DNA of 64,000 bases, from assembly GCA_963799995.1 (NCBI GenBank), contig CAWCZI010000012.1, forward strand, positions 1,964,492 to 2,028,491, given 5' to 3'. Under the pieces are notes generated by a model. It searched no databases and was not told the DNA's origin. It worked only from the letters and a program-made list of their open reading frames with translations. A program made the position numbers and the translations under genes. Shown piece by piece: positions 1 through 9,115 of this stretch. Numbering within the stretch: position 1 is the first letter of the stretch; each line of letters begins with the position of its first letter. Source of the DNA: an uncultured Solirubrobacterales bacterium (lineage in GTDB: Bacteria; Actinomycetota; Thermoleophilia; Solirubrobacterales; Solirubrobacteraceae).

Positions 1-52
1 GCAGATCCTCCACGGCGAGGCAGACGTGATGGATGCGGCGCAACGAGATCAT
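1..52 (-). CDS. VOC/glyoxalase-family protein, N-terminus only (runs off the window edge)
   Basis: Minus-strand ATG at 52 reads MISLRRIHHVCLAVEDL, the typical VOC first beta-strand with a metal-binding His (HHVxLxVxDL). It lies 4 nt after the GntR stop. Confidence 0.7.
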   Translation of the reverse strand, partial: MISLRRIHHVCLAVEDL

Positions 53-56
53 TGGG

Positions 57-752
57 TCAAGAACCGGCGTCTCGCAGGAGGTCGGTGGACCGCTGCATCG
101 CGTCGGCCAGGTGCCTGCGAGTCAGTGACTCAGCGCGGCGGCCGTTGCCGGCCTCGATGGCGGTCACGATCTGCTCGTGCTCGTCGGCATCGAGGCTCAT
201 GCGTTGCGGCGTCTCGCTCTGGCGTTCGTAGATCACCTCGCCGATCCGGGCCACCCAGAGGCGCTGCACGAACTGGAGCAGGAACCCGTTGCCCGACGCC
301 TGCACCAGCGCGATGTGGAATTCCCGGTTGGCGTCGAAGCTTCGCCGCACGTTTCCGATCGCCCGTCGCTGAGCGGACAGCGCGGCGTGCATCTGCGCCA
401 GCGGCGCCGGCGGTCGCTCGGCGGCGGCCAGCCTGGCGGCCCCGGGCTCGATCACGAGCCGGGCCTCATACGCCGAGCGCATGTCGGCCTGACCGACGTC
501 GGCGACACGGGCGCCGCGGTTGGTGCGCATCTCCACCAGCCCCTCGGCTGCCAGTCGGCGCAGCGCCTCGCGCACCGGGGTTCGTGACACACCAAGGTCT
601 TCGGCCAGGTCCTCCTGATGGATGCGCGCGCCGCGCTCAAGCTTGCCCTCGACGATCCGGTCGCGGATCACCGAGTACACCTGGTCGACCACGCTCGCGA
701 TCGCCAGCGGCACGGCGTCCGCGCGCGCCGGAGCTGTGGCGCTGCCCTCCAT
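57..752 (-). CDS. GntR/FadR-family transcriptional regulator (FCD domain)
   Basis: wHTH LGVSRTPVREALRRL; C-terminal FCD domain with NREFH and EHEQI. Confidence 0.93.
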   Translation of the reverse strand: MEGSATAPARADAVPLAIASVVDQVYSVIRDRIVEGKLERGARIHQEDLAEDLGVSRTPVREALRRLAAEGLVEMRTNRGARVADVGQADMRSAYEARLVIEPGAARLAAAERPPAPLAQMHAALSAQRRAIGNVRRSFDANREFHIALVQASGNGFLLQFVQRLWVARIGEVIYERQSETPQRMSLDADEHEQIVTAIEAGNGRRAESLTRRHLADAMQRSTDLLRDAGS

Positions 753-754
753 CG

Positions 755-1998
755 TTACACGGCGCCGGCCACGTCGCCGAGCGCCCCTTCCAGCGCATCG
801 ACCAGCTCGTCGATGTCGGCGTCGGAGATGATCAGCGGCGGCGAGAAGGCCACGGCGTTGGCATATGGCAGCGCGCGCGCGATCACACCCCGGGCCAGGA
901 GCGCCTCGACCACCCCCGCGGCGACCACCGGTGCCGCCGGCACGACTGCCTGCATCAGCCCCTCGCCGCGCACGCCGGCAACCTCATCGCGGCCACGCAG
1001 CTTGTCGAGGCCGTCACGCAGCCGCCGCCCGGCTGCCCGGGCGCGCTCGGGCAGCTGCTCGCGCCGCAGAATCTCCAGATTGGCCAGGCCGGCCGCGCAG
1101 CAGGTCGGGTGGCCGGCGTACGTGCCGCCGTGCGTCAGCAGGTAGGCCTCGTCGGCTTCGAGCCACTGCCTCGGGCGCGGACCGACGACGACACCGCCGA
1201 GCGGCAGGTACCCGCTGGTCACCGCCTTGGCGAACGTCATCATGTCCGGCGCGACGCCGTAGTGGTGGCTGGCAAACCACGAGCCCAGGCGCCCGAACGC
1301 GGTGATCACCTCATCGAAGATGAGCAGCGCGCCGCACTCGTCGCACAGGTTCCTGAGCCCCTGCAGATAGCCGTCTGCGGGGGGAACACGCCGCCGGCCC
1401 CGATCACCGGCTCGGCGAGGATCGCCGCGATCCGCTCCGGCCCGTGGTAGGCGACGGCGTCGCGCATCGCCTGCAGGCTGTCGTGGGGCACCTGGTAGGT
1501 GTCAGGCAGCAGGGGCCCGAACGGCGTCCGGTTGGAGGGCAGGCCACCGACCGAGGTGCCTCCGACCATCACGCCGTGGTAGGCGTTGTGGCGGCTGAGG
1601 AAGATCGTGCGCCCGGCTTCACCGTTGGCACGGTGACTGGCGCGAGCCAGCTTGAGCGCGCTGTCGATCGCCTCTGACCCGCTGTTGGTGAACAGCACCC
1701 GCGCGCCGGCGATCGGCTCGAGCTCCATGAGCACGTCCGCCAGGCGCTGTGCCGCCGGGTTGGTGAAGCGCCCGAACGTGTGGTACGCCTCCAGCTCGAG
1801 CATCTGCGCGTGCACCGCGTCGATGATCTCCGTACGGCCGTGGCCGGCCGCGCAGTACCACAGCGAGGCGGTGCCGTCGAGGTAGGTTCGCCCCTCGGAG
1901 TCCCACAGACGGCAGCCCTCGGCCCGGACGACGTCCAGGAAGTCGGCGGCGGCCCGCGCCGGCGCCGCGAACGGGTGAAGCGCTCGCGGGACGCTCAT
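755..1998 (-). CDS. Class III PLP aminotransferase (omega-amine/putrescine transaminase-like); one gene split by a frameshift at the G6 run 1379-1384
   Basis: ORF 1306..1998 gives the N-half (DGTASLWYC, NSGSEA, YHG, AEPVIGAGG). ORF 755..1309 gives the C-half (DEVITAFGR, TFAKAVTSGY with the PLP Lys, GGTYAGHP). One added base restores GGVFPPADGYLQGLR. Confidence 0.88.
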
Positions 1999-2852
1999 CG
2001 GGCTGCCTGCCCCACTTCGCGCTCCGCCTCTTCCTCGGAGATCGCGAGCGCCACATGGAGCGTCTGTGCCGTCACCGCCGGCTGCTCGCCGACCGGCTCG
2101 AGCTCCTCGTCGGACTGCACGACGTGATTCTCCAGGCGTCCGATCCCCTCCACCTCCACCGTCACCGTGTCGCCCGGGTCGACGGGACGCGAGTTGGCGG
2201 GCGTTCCGGTCAGCAGGACGTCGCCCGGCTCGAGCGTGATCAGCCGCGCGAGGTCGGCGATCTGATACGCGAACGAGAACATGAGGTCGGTGCCGGTATG
2301 GCCCTCCTGGACCTGCTCGCCGTTGACGAAGGTCCGCAGTGTCAGGTCCTCGGGGTCGACGTCGGCCGCGTCGACCATCACCGGGCCCAGAGGGCAGAAG
2401 CCGTCCTGGCCCTTGACGCGCAGCATCGACCCGCGGTCGGCATGGCGGAAGTCGTGCACGCCCCAGTCGTTGGCGACGGTGTAGCCGCCCACGTAGTCAA
2501 GCGCGTCGGCGAGGCTCACGCCACGGCAGCGACGGCCGATCACGACCGCCACCTCGCCCTCGTAGTTGAGGAAGCGGCAGCCGGGCGGCCGGGTCACCGG
2601 TGCCAGGTGCGCCGACAGCGACGATGGTGGCTTCATGAAGTACGAAGGGGTCTGCGGGAGCCGCGACATCATGTACTCCTGCGCGCGCGAGCGGTAGGTC
2701 AGGTGCGTGGCGATGATCTTCCCCGGCGTCACCGGCGACAGCCACTCGCTGACTTCGGCGACGGGAATCTCAGCCGCGCCGGCGCGGATGCTGTCCCCGT
2801 CCAGGGTGCCCTCGACCGGCTGCCCGTGGTGCACGATGCGGACGTGTCTCAT
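1995..2852 (-). CDS. Fumarylacetoacetate hydrolase-family protein (HpaG-like), 285 aa
   Basis: True start MRHVRIVHHG at 2852 overlaps the upstream stop (ATGA). Motifs FMKPPSSL, YEGEV, GYTVAND, KGQDGFCPLGP, PGDVLLTGTP. Confidence 0.9.
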   Translation of the reverse strand: MRHVRIVHHGQPVEGTLDGDSIRAGAAEIPVAEVSEWLSPVTPGKIIATHLTYRSRAQEYMMSRLPQTPSYFMKPPSSLSAHLAPVTRPPGCRFLNYEGEVAVVIGRRCRGVSLADALDYVGGYTVANDWGVHDFRHADRGSMLRVKGQDGFCPLGPVMVDAADVDPEDLTLRTFVNGEQVQEGHTGTDLMFSFAYQIADLARLITLEPGDVLLTGTPANSRPVDPGDTVTVEVEGIGRLENHVVQSDEELEPVGEQPAVTAQTLHVALAISEEEAEREVGQAAR

Positions 2853-3655
2853 ATCTCGACCTCCTGGCGGTGCTGGGCGACGACGTCGACGCCGTCGACG
2901 GTGTAGCCGAATGTGAAGCGGTAGCCGCGGAGCATCTCGCGCGGGGCGATGGCCTGCAGGTCCTCGAGGGTGTCGTCGTAGAAGCGCAGCTCCGCGCTGC
3001 CCTCCCAGATCGGTGTGGCGTCGCGGTCGCGCCCGCCGGCTCGGACGAGCTCGAACACGGCGGGCCGCGGCCCATTGGCCGCCGGGAAGTGGCGGGTGTT
3101 GTGCATCGGCGGGTCGTTGACCGTCGGTCCCGTCTGCGACACGTGTTCGAGCGTGACGACCAGACGGGCGATCTGGCGGTCGTTGGCGGCGCAGGTGGCG
3201 CCGAACCGGGCGCCCTCGTGCAGCTTGGGGGTCGCCTTGCCGGCGGCGAACAGGCGGGTCATGTGGATCGACCCGAGCTTCTTGGGAAAGCCCTGGATCC
3301 ACCCGCGGTACATGGCGAAGTCCTTGTCGACCCAGATGTAGACGCACCGGCTCACCGGCTCTCCCCGGTACCGAGCGCCGACGACGATGAAGAACTCGCG
3401 GTACTGGGACTGGACCGGATCGATCAGCTCGTGCCCGTCGGCCGAACACGACTGCCAGTCGGCGAAGATGGCGGCGACCGCACCGGGATCCTCGGCGGGC
3501 TCGAGCTCGTCGGGCAGCAGCGCGGCGACAGCGGCCGGGTCCGTCCGGTACTCGGCGATCAGGAAGTCGCCCGAATAGTGCCACGGCGGCGGCGGGACGA
3601 GGCCGGCCCGACCGTCCGGTGACAGCGGCGCGGTGTAGCCGCGCAGCGGGGTCAT
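2849..3655 (-). CDS. Acetoacetate decarboxylase-family protein
   Basis: PPPWHY motif, YREF, and G(W)IQGFPKKLG carrying the Schiff-base Lys motif. Confidence 0.85.
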   Translation of the reverse strand: MTPLRGYTAPLSPDGRAGLVPPPPWHYSGDFLIAEYRTDPAAVAALLPDELEPAEDPGAVAAIFADWQSCSADGHELIDPVQSQYREFFIVVGARYRGEPVSRCVYIWVDKDFAMYRGWIQGFPKKLGSIHMTRLFAAGKATPKLHEGARFGATCAANDRQIARLVVTLEHVSQTGPTVNDPPMHNTRHFPAANGPRPAVFELVRAGGRDRDATPIWEGSAELRFYDDTLEDLQAIAPREMLRGYRFTFGYTVDGVDVVAQHRQEVEI

Positions 3656-3721
3656 GCGCCAGCCCTCCGCAGCCGGCTCAAGCGCCAGCCCTCCGCAGCG
3701 GGGTCAAGCGGCAGCCCTCCG
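3642..3721. repeat. About 3 copies of a 26-nt tandem repeat duplicating the stop/RBS/start junction
   Basis: cagccctccgcagc(c/g)gg(c/g)tcaagcg(c/g) at 3660-3685 and 3686-3711, with partial copies on both sides. Confidence 0.85.
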
Positions 3722-4453
3722 GAGGGCGGCGCGGGCGTCGTGAAGCAGCTGCTCGAACAGGCCGCGCTGCTCGGGCTCATCCATCTTCTCCGGGTGCCAC
3801 TGGACTCCGACGCACGCCCAACCGGTCCGCGGCTCGACCGCCTCGATCACGCCGCCGGGCGCGGTGGCGGTTACCTCCAGCTCGCCGGGGTCCGCGATCT
3901 GGTGATGGTGGATGGTGTTGACACCGACCGTGTCCCGGCGCAGCGCCCGGGCGATGCGCGAGCCGGGGGCGAGCGTCACCGGGTGGCGCGAGGCCAGGAT
4001 CTCGTCCGGACGCAGCCCGGTCAGCTCGGGGTGCCCGCCCACCGCCGGCGGGCGCTGGGACAGCCGGCCGCCATGGGCGACCGCCAGCAGCTGGGCGCCG
4101 CGGCACACCGCCAGCATCGGCAGCCCGATCGCACGAGCCGCGCGGATGACGGCCAGCTCGAAGGCGTCAGCCTCCAAGTCGTCGTCGGCCACGTTCTCAC
4201 GCCCGGCGCCGTACGCGGCGGGATCGACGTCGCCGCCGCCGGTCATCAGCACGCCATCGGCGATCGCCACGAGCTCGCGTGCGGACTCCTCGCCGGACTG
4301 CGGCGGGCGGGAGACCAGCAGCGGTTGCCCGCCGGCCTCGCTGACCCGCTCCGCGTAGGCGGGGTCGAGCGTTTCGAGCCTGGTGTGCTCTCCCAGGAAG
4401 GTGGGCAGGTCCCGGCGCCAGCAGTTGACGAGGATCAGGGGACGGCGTTGCAT
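3704..4453 (-). CDS. Gamma-glutamyl-gamma-aminobutyrate hydrolase (peptidase C26/PuuD family), 249 aa
   Basis: LMTGGGDVDP, catalytic AVCRGAQ, VNTIHHHQI, QWHPE. Start placed at MQRRPLI (4453); the longer ORF-track N-terminus is translated repeat DNA. Confidence 0.9.
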   Translation of the reverse strand: MQRRPLILVNCWRRDLPTFLGEHTRLETLDPAYAERVSEAGGQPLLVSRPPQSGEESARELVAIADGVLMTGGGDVDPAAYGAGRENVADDDLEADAFELAVIRAARAIGLPMLAVCRGAQLLAVAHGGRLSQRPPAVGGHPELTGLRPDEILASRHPVTLAPGSRIARALRRDTVGVNTIHHHQIADPGELEVTATAPGGVIEAVEPRTGWACVGVQWHPEKMDEPEQRGLFEQLLHDARAALRRAAA

Positions 4454-4460
4454 GCCGGAT

Positions 4461-4473
4461 GCATACATTATGC
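4461..4473. promoter_or_regulatory. Candidate GntR operator (GCATA-cat-TATGC) upstream of the PuuD-like operon
   Basis: AT-rich 5-bp inverted repeat 8-20 nt upstream of the ATG, overlapping a CATAAT -10-like hexamer on the minus strand. A GntR gene lies in the same operon. Confidence 0.45.
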
Positions 4474-4520
4474 GACTTGCCCTGAGCGCGCCAGTTGTGC
4501 GCTCGACTGGCGGCGGCGCG

Positions 4521-5110
4521 GCCGTATGAAAAACGGCGGCATCGAGCATGGGGTTCCCAGCGCTCCGGACGCCAAATCCAAAAACCGGCCGCCCGGACCA
4601 GCCCGAACCGGCCCGAACCGGCCCGAACCGGCCCGAACCGGCCCGAATCGGCCCGAACCCGCCCAAAAACCGGGGGGTGTGCGTCCTCATACACACGGGG
4701 GCTGCATGAGGACGCAAGGTCCCTCCGCTTGACCGCTACAGCGGCGAGGTGCTCAGCCCACACGAAACCGGGCGTTCAGCCCACGCGCGGCGGGGCGTTC
4801 AGCCCACGGGCGATGGGGCGTTCCGGGCTGGACCGCCGCGCGACGCCGTAGGAAAAACGGCGGCATTGAGGGTGGGGCTCCCATGGGTCCCTGGGCCCCG
4901 TGGCGAGCCGCCGCGGCTCATCTCTCCCCTCCCGTCCCGGCCGCCCGAACCGGCCCGAACCGGCCCAAAACCTTGGGGTGTGCGTCCTCATGCACACGGG
5001 GGCTGCATGAGGACGCAAGGTCCCTCCGGCCGGCCGAACCGGGGGCTGCGCAACCTCATGCCCACGGGCGATGCATGAGGTTGCACGGCCCCCCCGGCCG
5101 GGCCCGAACC
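4521..5110. repeat. Mosaic intergenic repeat (REP/BIME-like) of hairpins, direct repeats and 10-nt tandem arrays
   Basis: 39-nt block at 4521-4559 and 4845-4883 (34/39 identical). 54-nt hairpin block at 4674-4727 and 4975-5028 (1 mismatch). gcccgaaccg x6 at 4601-4660 and x2 from 4943. Degenerate third hairpin at about 5050-5085. gttcagcccac-like units x3 at about 4751-4807. Confidence 0.9.
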
Positions 5111-5214
5111 GGGGGCACTGGGATCGCAGCGAGCGGGTGAACCCCCGGCCAGTCTCCCTGTCCCAAGCCCGCCTTTTTGCCGAGGCCGACTACTCGGCCG
5201 GGCCCCCGGAGCGA

Positions 5215-5243
5215 CCCGTCAGCCGCACTTCGCAGCTGACGGG
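5215..5243 (-). terminator. Possible terminator hairpin downstream of gabD
   Basis: 9-bp perfect stem cccgtcagc/gctgacggg 10 nt past the stop codon; no U-tract. Confidence 0.35.
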
Positions 5244-5252
5244 GGCCCGAGG

Positions 5253-6638
5253 TCAGCCGCCAACCCTAATCAGTTTCTTGTTGACGAACTCGTCGGCGCC
5301 GTAGCGACCGAGCTCGCGACCGAACCCGGAGCGCTTGACCCCGCCGAAGGGCAGCTCGGCTCCATCGGCTCCGACGACGTTGATGTAGACCATGCCGGCA
5401 TCGATCTTGTCCGCGACGCGCAGCGCCTGGTCGGGATCGTTGGTCATCACGTAGGAGCCAAGCCCGTACGGGGTGTCGTTGGCCAACTCGACGGCTTCGT
5501 CCTCCGAGCTCACCCGGTAGACCTGCGCGACCGGGCCGAAGAACTCCTCTCGGTAGGCGTCCATCTCGGGCTTGATGTCGGCCAGCACAGTGGTTGAGAA
5601 GAAGTTGCCCTCGTGGTCGCCGCCGGCCACCAGCCTGGCCCCCTGATCGACGGCGCGCTTGAGCTGGTCCGCGAGTCGGTCTGTCGCCGCCGAGGAGGAG
5701 AGGGGGCCGATCGCCGTGTCGGGCGAGGTGGGGTCGCCCGGCTTGACTGCGGTTATGGCAGCGGTGAATTTGTCCATGAACGGCTCGTACAGCTCGTCGG
5801 CGACGATGAATCGCTTGGCGGCGTTGCAGGACTGGCCGGTGTTGTCCAGCCGGGCGCCCACGGCAGCCTCGACGGCCCCGTCCAGATCGTCGGTGCCCAG
5901 CAGGATGAACGGGTCAGAGCCGCCGAGCTCGAGGACCACCTTTTTGAGATTGCGCCCGGCGATCTCCGCGACGGCGGTGCCGGCGCGCTCTGAGCCGGTC
6001 AGCGACACGCCCCGCACGCGCGGGTCGGCGATCACCCACTCGATCTGCTCGTTGGTGGCATAGATGTTGATGTAGGCGTCCGAAGGGAACCCGGCCTCGT
6101 GGTAGATCCGCTCGATCGCCTCCGCCGACTCGGGGCATTGAGGCGCGTGCTTGAGCAGGATCGTGTTGCCGATCACCAGATTCGGTCCCGCGAACCGTGC
6201 CACCTGGTAGTAGGGGAAGTTCCACGGCATGATGCCGAGCAACACGCCCAGGGAGCTGCGGCGGATGAACGCCGACCCGTCGCCCGCCAGCAGCTCGATC
6301 GGCTCGTCGGCCAGGAGCTTGGGGCCATTGTCAGCGTAGAAGCTGTAGATATCGACGCAGAAGTCCACCTCGCCGAGGGCCTGCTCGATCGGCTTGCCCA
6401 TTTCCCGCACGATGATCTCGGCCAGCCGCTCGCGCTGCTCGCCGTGCAACTCCCCCACGCGGCGAAGCAGAGCCGCACGCTCCTCCACGGTGGTCGACGC
6501 CGACCACTCGCGATGAGCCTTGTCGGCCCTGGCGATCGCGTCCTTGAGCTCCTCGTCGCTGATCGTCGGGTACTCCTTCACGACCTCGCCCGTCGCCGGG
6601 TTGACGACCGCGTAGTCAGCCGCCTGAACTTGAGCCAT
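5253..6638 (-). CDS. gabD: NAD(P)-dependent succinate-semialdehyde dehydrogenase
   Basis: IMPWNFPYYQ, KHAPQCP, TGSERAG, ELGGSDP, catalytic GQSCNA, EEFFGP; RBS GGGAGG upstream. Confidence 0.88.
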   Translation of the reverse strand: MAQVQAADYAVVNPATGEVVKEYPTISDEELKDAIARADKAHREWSASTTVEERAALLRRVGELHGEQRERLAEIIVREMGKPIEQALGEVDFCVDIYSFYADNGPKLLADEPIELLAGDGSAFIRRSSLGVLLGIMPWNFPYYQVARFAGPNLVIGNTILLKHAPQCPESAEAIERIYHEAGFPSDAYINIYATNEQIEWVIADPRVRGVSLTGSERAGTAVAEIAGRNLKKVVLELGGSDPFILLGTDDLDGAVEAAVGARLDNTGQSCNAAKRFIVADELYEPFMDKFTAAITAVKPGDPTSPDTAIGPLSSSAATDRLADQLKRAVDQGARLVAGGDHEGNFFSTTVLADIKPEMDAYREEFFGPVAQVYRVSSEDEAVELANDTPYGLGSYVMTNDPDQALRVADKIDAGMVYINVVGADGAELPFGGVKRSGFGRELGRYGADEFVNKKLIRVGG

Positions 6639-6806
6639 GTGACCCTCCCTTTTCTGGTCCCCGATCGTGCTCGCGGGGGCCGTCTTTGCTCTCCGAAACC
6701 GAACTCAGTCAGTCCTCGCGACGATACCTCAAGCACTGGGCTCCGAATATTCCAAGACCTCGGGCGAGTTCTGGCCGTTGCTGCGAACTGCGCACCTCGG
6801 GGCCCG

Positions 6807-7811
6807 TCAGCACGGGTTCCGACGAGCCCAGGCCAGGAAGTCGCGGGTTGCCTGCGGGGTACTGGCAAGCCGGCGTTCGCGCTGCTTGAGGGCGTGAGCG
6901 GTCTCCGAGCGGCTGAACACCCAGCCCAGCGTCTGAATCCGCCGCGCCATCAGGAACGTGGGCAGCTCGGCCGGCAACAGGTCGGGGAGCTCTCGAATCT
7001 GTCGGTAGCCGTCGACCAGGGCGTCCCGACGATCCCCCAGACTGCCAGTTCGGTCGTAGGGGTACAGGGCGACGGCGAACTCGTGCCCGTACCAGCTGTG
7101 TCCGCTGTCGTCGAAGTCGATGACGACGACCGCGCCGTCGTCGCAGACAAGGACGTTCTCGAACCCCAGGTCGCCGTGGATCAGCCCGAACCGATCCGGC
7201 CGTTCGCCGATCACATCCAGCCGCGCCCGGACCTCGGTCCGGCACGCCTCCAGCGCGGCCCGGTCATCCGCGGCGAACACGGAATGGGGGTCGGGCGGTC
7301 CCCACCGTGGATCGTCTCCCACCAGCGCCTCGGCGTCCCACGCGGGCCGCAAAAACCACGGGGGCGCCGCCCACGCGCGCGCGTGCGCGTGAATACGCGC
7401 CATTAATTCCCCCAGCCTCTCCCATGGCTTCACCTCGCTGACCGAACTCAGCGGTACGCCGTCGATCCACTCGAACAGCACCGCGGTGCGAGAGCAGCCC
7501 GGGCCGGCGGTCGCGGTCTGGAGCGGATCGCCATCGCATCCGGGCACCGCCGCGGCGGTCCGTACGCCGCTGCCCCGCAGGCTCTCCATCCACGCCAGCT
7601 CGGATCGAATCGCCGCGGCGGACTGGTATCCGGGCCGGTGAACGCGCAGGGCAAAGCGCCGTCCGTCCGGGGCGTGGATCCTGTACGTCGTGTTCTCGCC
7701 GTGGCGCACGAACGTGGCGCGGGCCTGTCCGCTGAACCCGAAGCGAGCCATCGCGTCGGCGACCAGAGCGGCCGGCAGCGGATCGCCGGCCACCTGGCCC
7801 GCCGACCTCAC
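6807..7811 (-). CDS. APH/choline-kinase-like phosphotransferase (amino-alcohol kinase type)
   Basis: ENTTYR, LRVHRPGY..AIRSELAWM, Brenner motif IHGDLGFENVL, IDFDDSG. GTGA overlap with the aminotransferase stop. Confidence 0.88.
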   Translation of the reverse strand: MRSAGQVAGDPLPAALVADAMARFGFSGQARATFVRHGENTTYRIHAPDGRRFALRVHRPGYQSAAAIRSELAWMESLRGSGVRTAAAVPGCDGDPLQTATAGPGCSRTAVLFEWIDGVPLSSVSEVKPWERLGELMARIHAHARAWAAPPWFLRPAWDAEALVGDDPRWGPPDPHSVFAADDRAALEACRTEVRARLDVIGERPDRFGLIHGDLGFENVLVCDDGAVVVIDFDDSGHSWYGHEFAVALYPYDRTGSLGDRRDALVDGYRQIRELPDLLPAELPTFLMARRIQTLGWVFSRSETAHALKQRERRLASTPQATRDFLAWARRNPC

Positions 7812-9115
7812 CGCGGGCTCTTGGCCCGCACGTGCCGGCTGGGGACGGGCCGGTCGACGTCCTTGGCGCGCTGCAGCGCGGCGTCGAGGCGCTCGAGCAC
7901 CGTGTCAGCGAGCGCATCCTCGAGCAGCAGGCCGGGCTTGAACTGCAGGACCGATTGGTCAAAGCCCGATGCGATCGCCCACACGCCGAGCTCGAACAGC
8001 TCCTGCTGCAGGTAGACGGCTCCGTCGGGGTGATCGACGCGCAGGCCGATCACGAGCCCGCTCTGGCGCACCTCGGTCAGGTACGGGTGGCGGTCGCGCA
8101 GCTCCGACAGGCCGCGGCCGACGTGCTCGATCAGGTGCGTGATCTGCGTCTGCACCGCGGGACGGGTCGTGATCTCCAGCACGCGCTCAGCAACCCGGCA
8201 GCCGATCTCGGCACCGCCGAAGGTCGAGACATGTCCCCAGCCGTTCTCGTGCAGCCACCCAGCGGCCCGCGCCGCGATCACCGTCGCCGCGATCGGATAC
8301 ATGCCGCCGGAGAGCCCCTTTGCGGTGACCAGGATGTCCGGCTGCACGCCGAAGGTCTCGACCCCCCACAAGCGCCCGGTGCGCCCCAGTCCCGTCTGCA
8401 CCTCATCGGCGATGTAGAGCGCCTCGTTCTCCTCGCACAGCGCCTTGACCGCGGGCAGATAACCGTCCGGCGGCACCGGGAAGCCATAGGTCGCCGGCAC
8501 CGTCTCTAGGAGCACCGCGGCCACGTCTCCCCTGGACATCTCGGCCGCGATCGCGTCGAGGTCGCCGAACGGCACCTTCGCGAACTGATCGGGCAGATCG
8601 GACAGGAAGTAGGCTGCCCCCGCGTCCTCGCCCGCGGCGCCCGAGAGTCCCGTGCGACCGTGGTATCCGGCGGCCAGCGTCACGATCCGCCGGCGCCCGG
8701 TCGCCCGCCGGGCGGTCTTGATGGCGACGTCGATCGCCTCGCTGCCCCCGGAGGCGAACACCGTGTACGCCAGGTCACCGGGGGTGAGCTCGGCCAGCCG
8801 GGCGGCCAGCTCGGCGCGAGCGGTGCTGGCGAAGTGGTGGTTTCCGATGTCCATCGTGGATGCGGCCGTGACCATCGCCTCCACAACCTCGGGGTTGCGA
8901 TGCCCGAGGTTGAAGGTGCCTCCGTTCAGGTGCAGGTCGATCAGCTCCCGGCCGTCGAGATCCCACAGCCGGTAGCCCTCGCGGCGGCCGATCACGAGCT
9001 GGGTGCCGAACGCCTCCCAGACGTCGACGCGGTGCGGGGCGACGTGCCGGCGGGTCAGCTCGAGCACGCGTTCCTTCTCGGATCCCCGGGCGCTCCCCGG
9101 GCCAGTGGAACTCAC
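7808..9115 (-). CDS. Class III PLP aminotransferase / putative phospho-lyase (AAU/RMM-like)
   Basis: HLNGGTFNLGHRNP, GGSEAID, YHGRTG, ETVPATYG, DEVQTGLGRTG, TAKGLSGG (PLP Lys), HVSTFGG. Confidence 0.9.
   Translation of the reverse strand: MSSTGPGSARGSEKERVLELTRRHVAPHRVDVWEAFGTQLVIGRREGYRLWDLDGRELIDLHLNGGTFNLGHRNPEVVEAMVTAASTMDIGNHHFASTARAELAARLAELTPGDLAYTVFASGGSEAIDVAIKTARRATGRRRIVTLAAGYHGRTGLSGAAGEDAGAAYFLSDLPDQFAKVPFGDLDAIAAEMSRGDVAAVLLETVPATYGFPVPPDGYLPAVKALCEENEALYIADEVQTGLGRTGRLWGVETFGVQPDILVTAKGLSGGMYPIAATVIAARAAGWLHENGWGHVSTFGGAEIGCRVAERVLEITTRPAVQTQITHLIEHVGRGLSELRDRHPYLTEVRQSGLVIGLRVDHPDGAVYLQQELFELGVWAIASGFDQSVLQFKPGLLLEDALADTVLERLDAALQRAKDVDRPVPSRHVRAKSPR

Noticed and set aside
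26-1450. Long plus-strand ORF, and similar antisense ORFs (e.g. 17194..18852, 24181..25896, 31388..33265, 41976..43424, 47364..48980)
   Set aside because: These are Arg/Pro/Ala-rich shadow frames overlapping well-supported genes, as expected at high GC.
1995-3584. 529-aa ORF as a long FAH protein
   Set aside because: Its first about 240 codons are an off-frame reading of the decarboxylase gene; the FAH domain starts at 2852.
4521-5110. CRISPR array
   Set aside because: There are no regularly spaced identical repeats with unique spacers, and no cas genes.
6807-7811. Aminoglycoside resistance gene
   Set aside because: It has the APH fold, but it is coupled to a class III aminotransferase inside a BMC operon, which is the context of amino-alcohol kinases.
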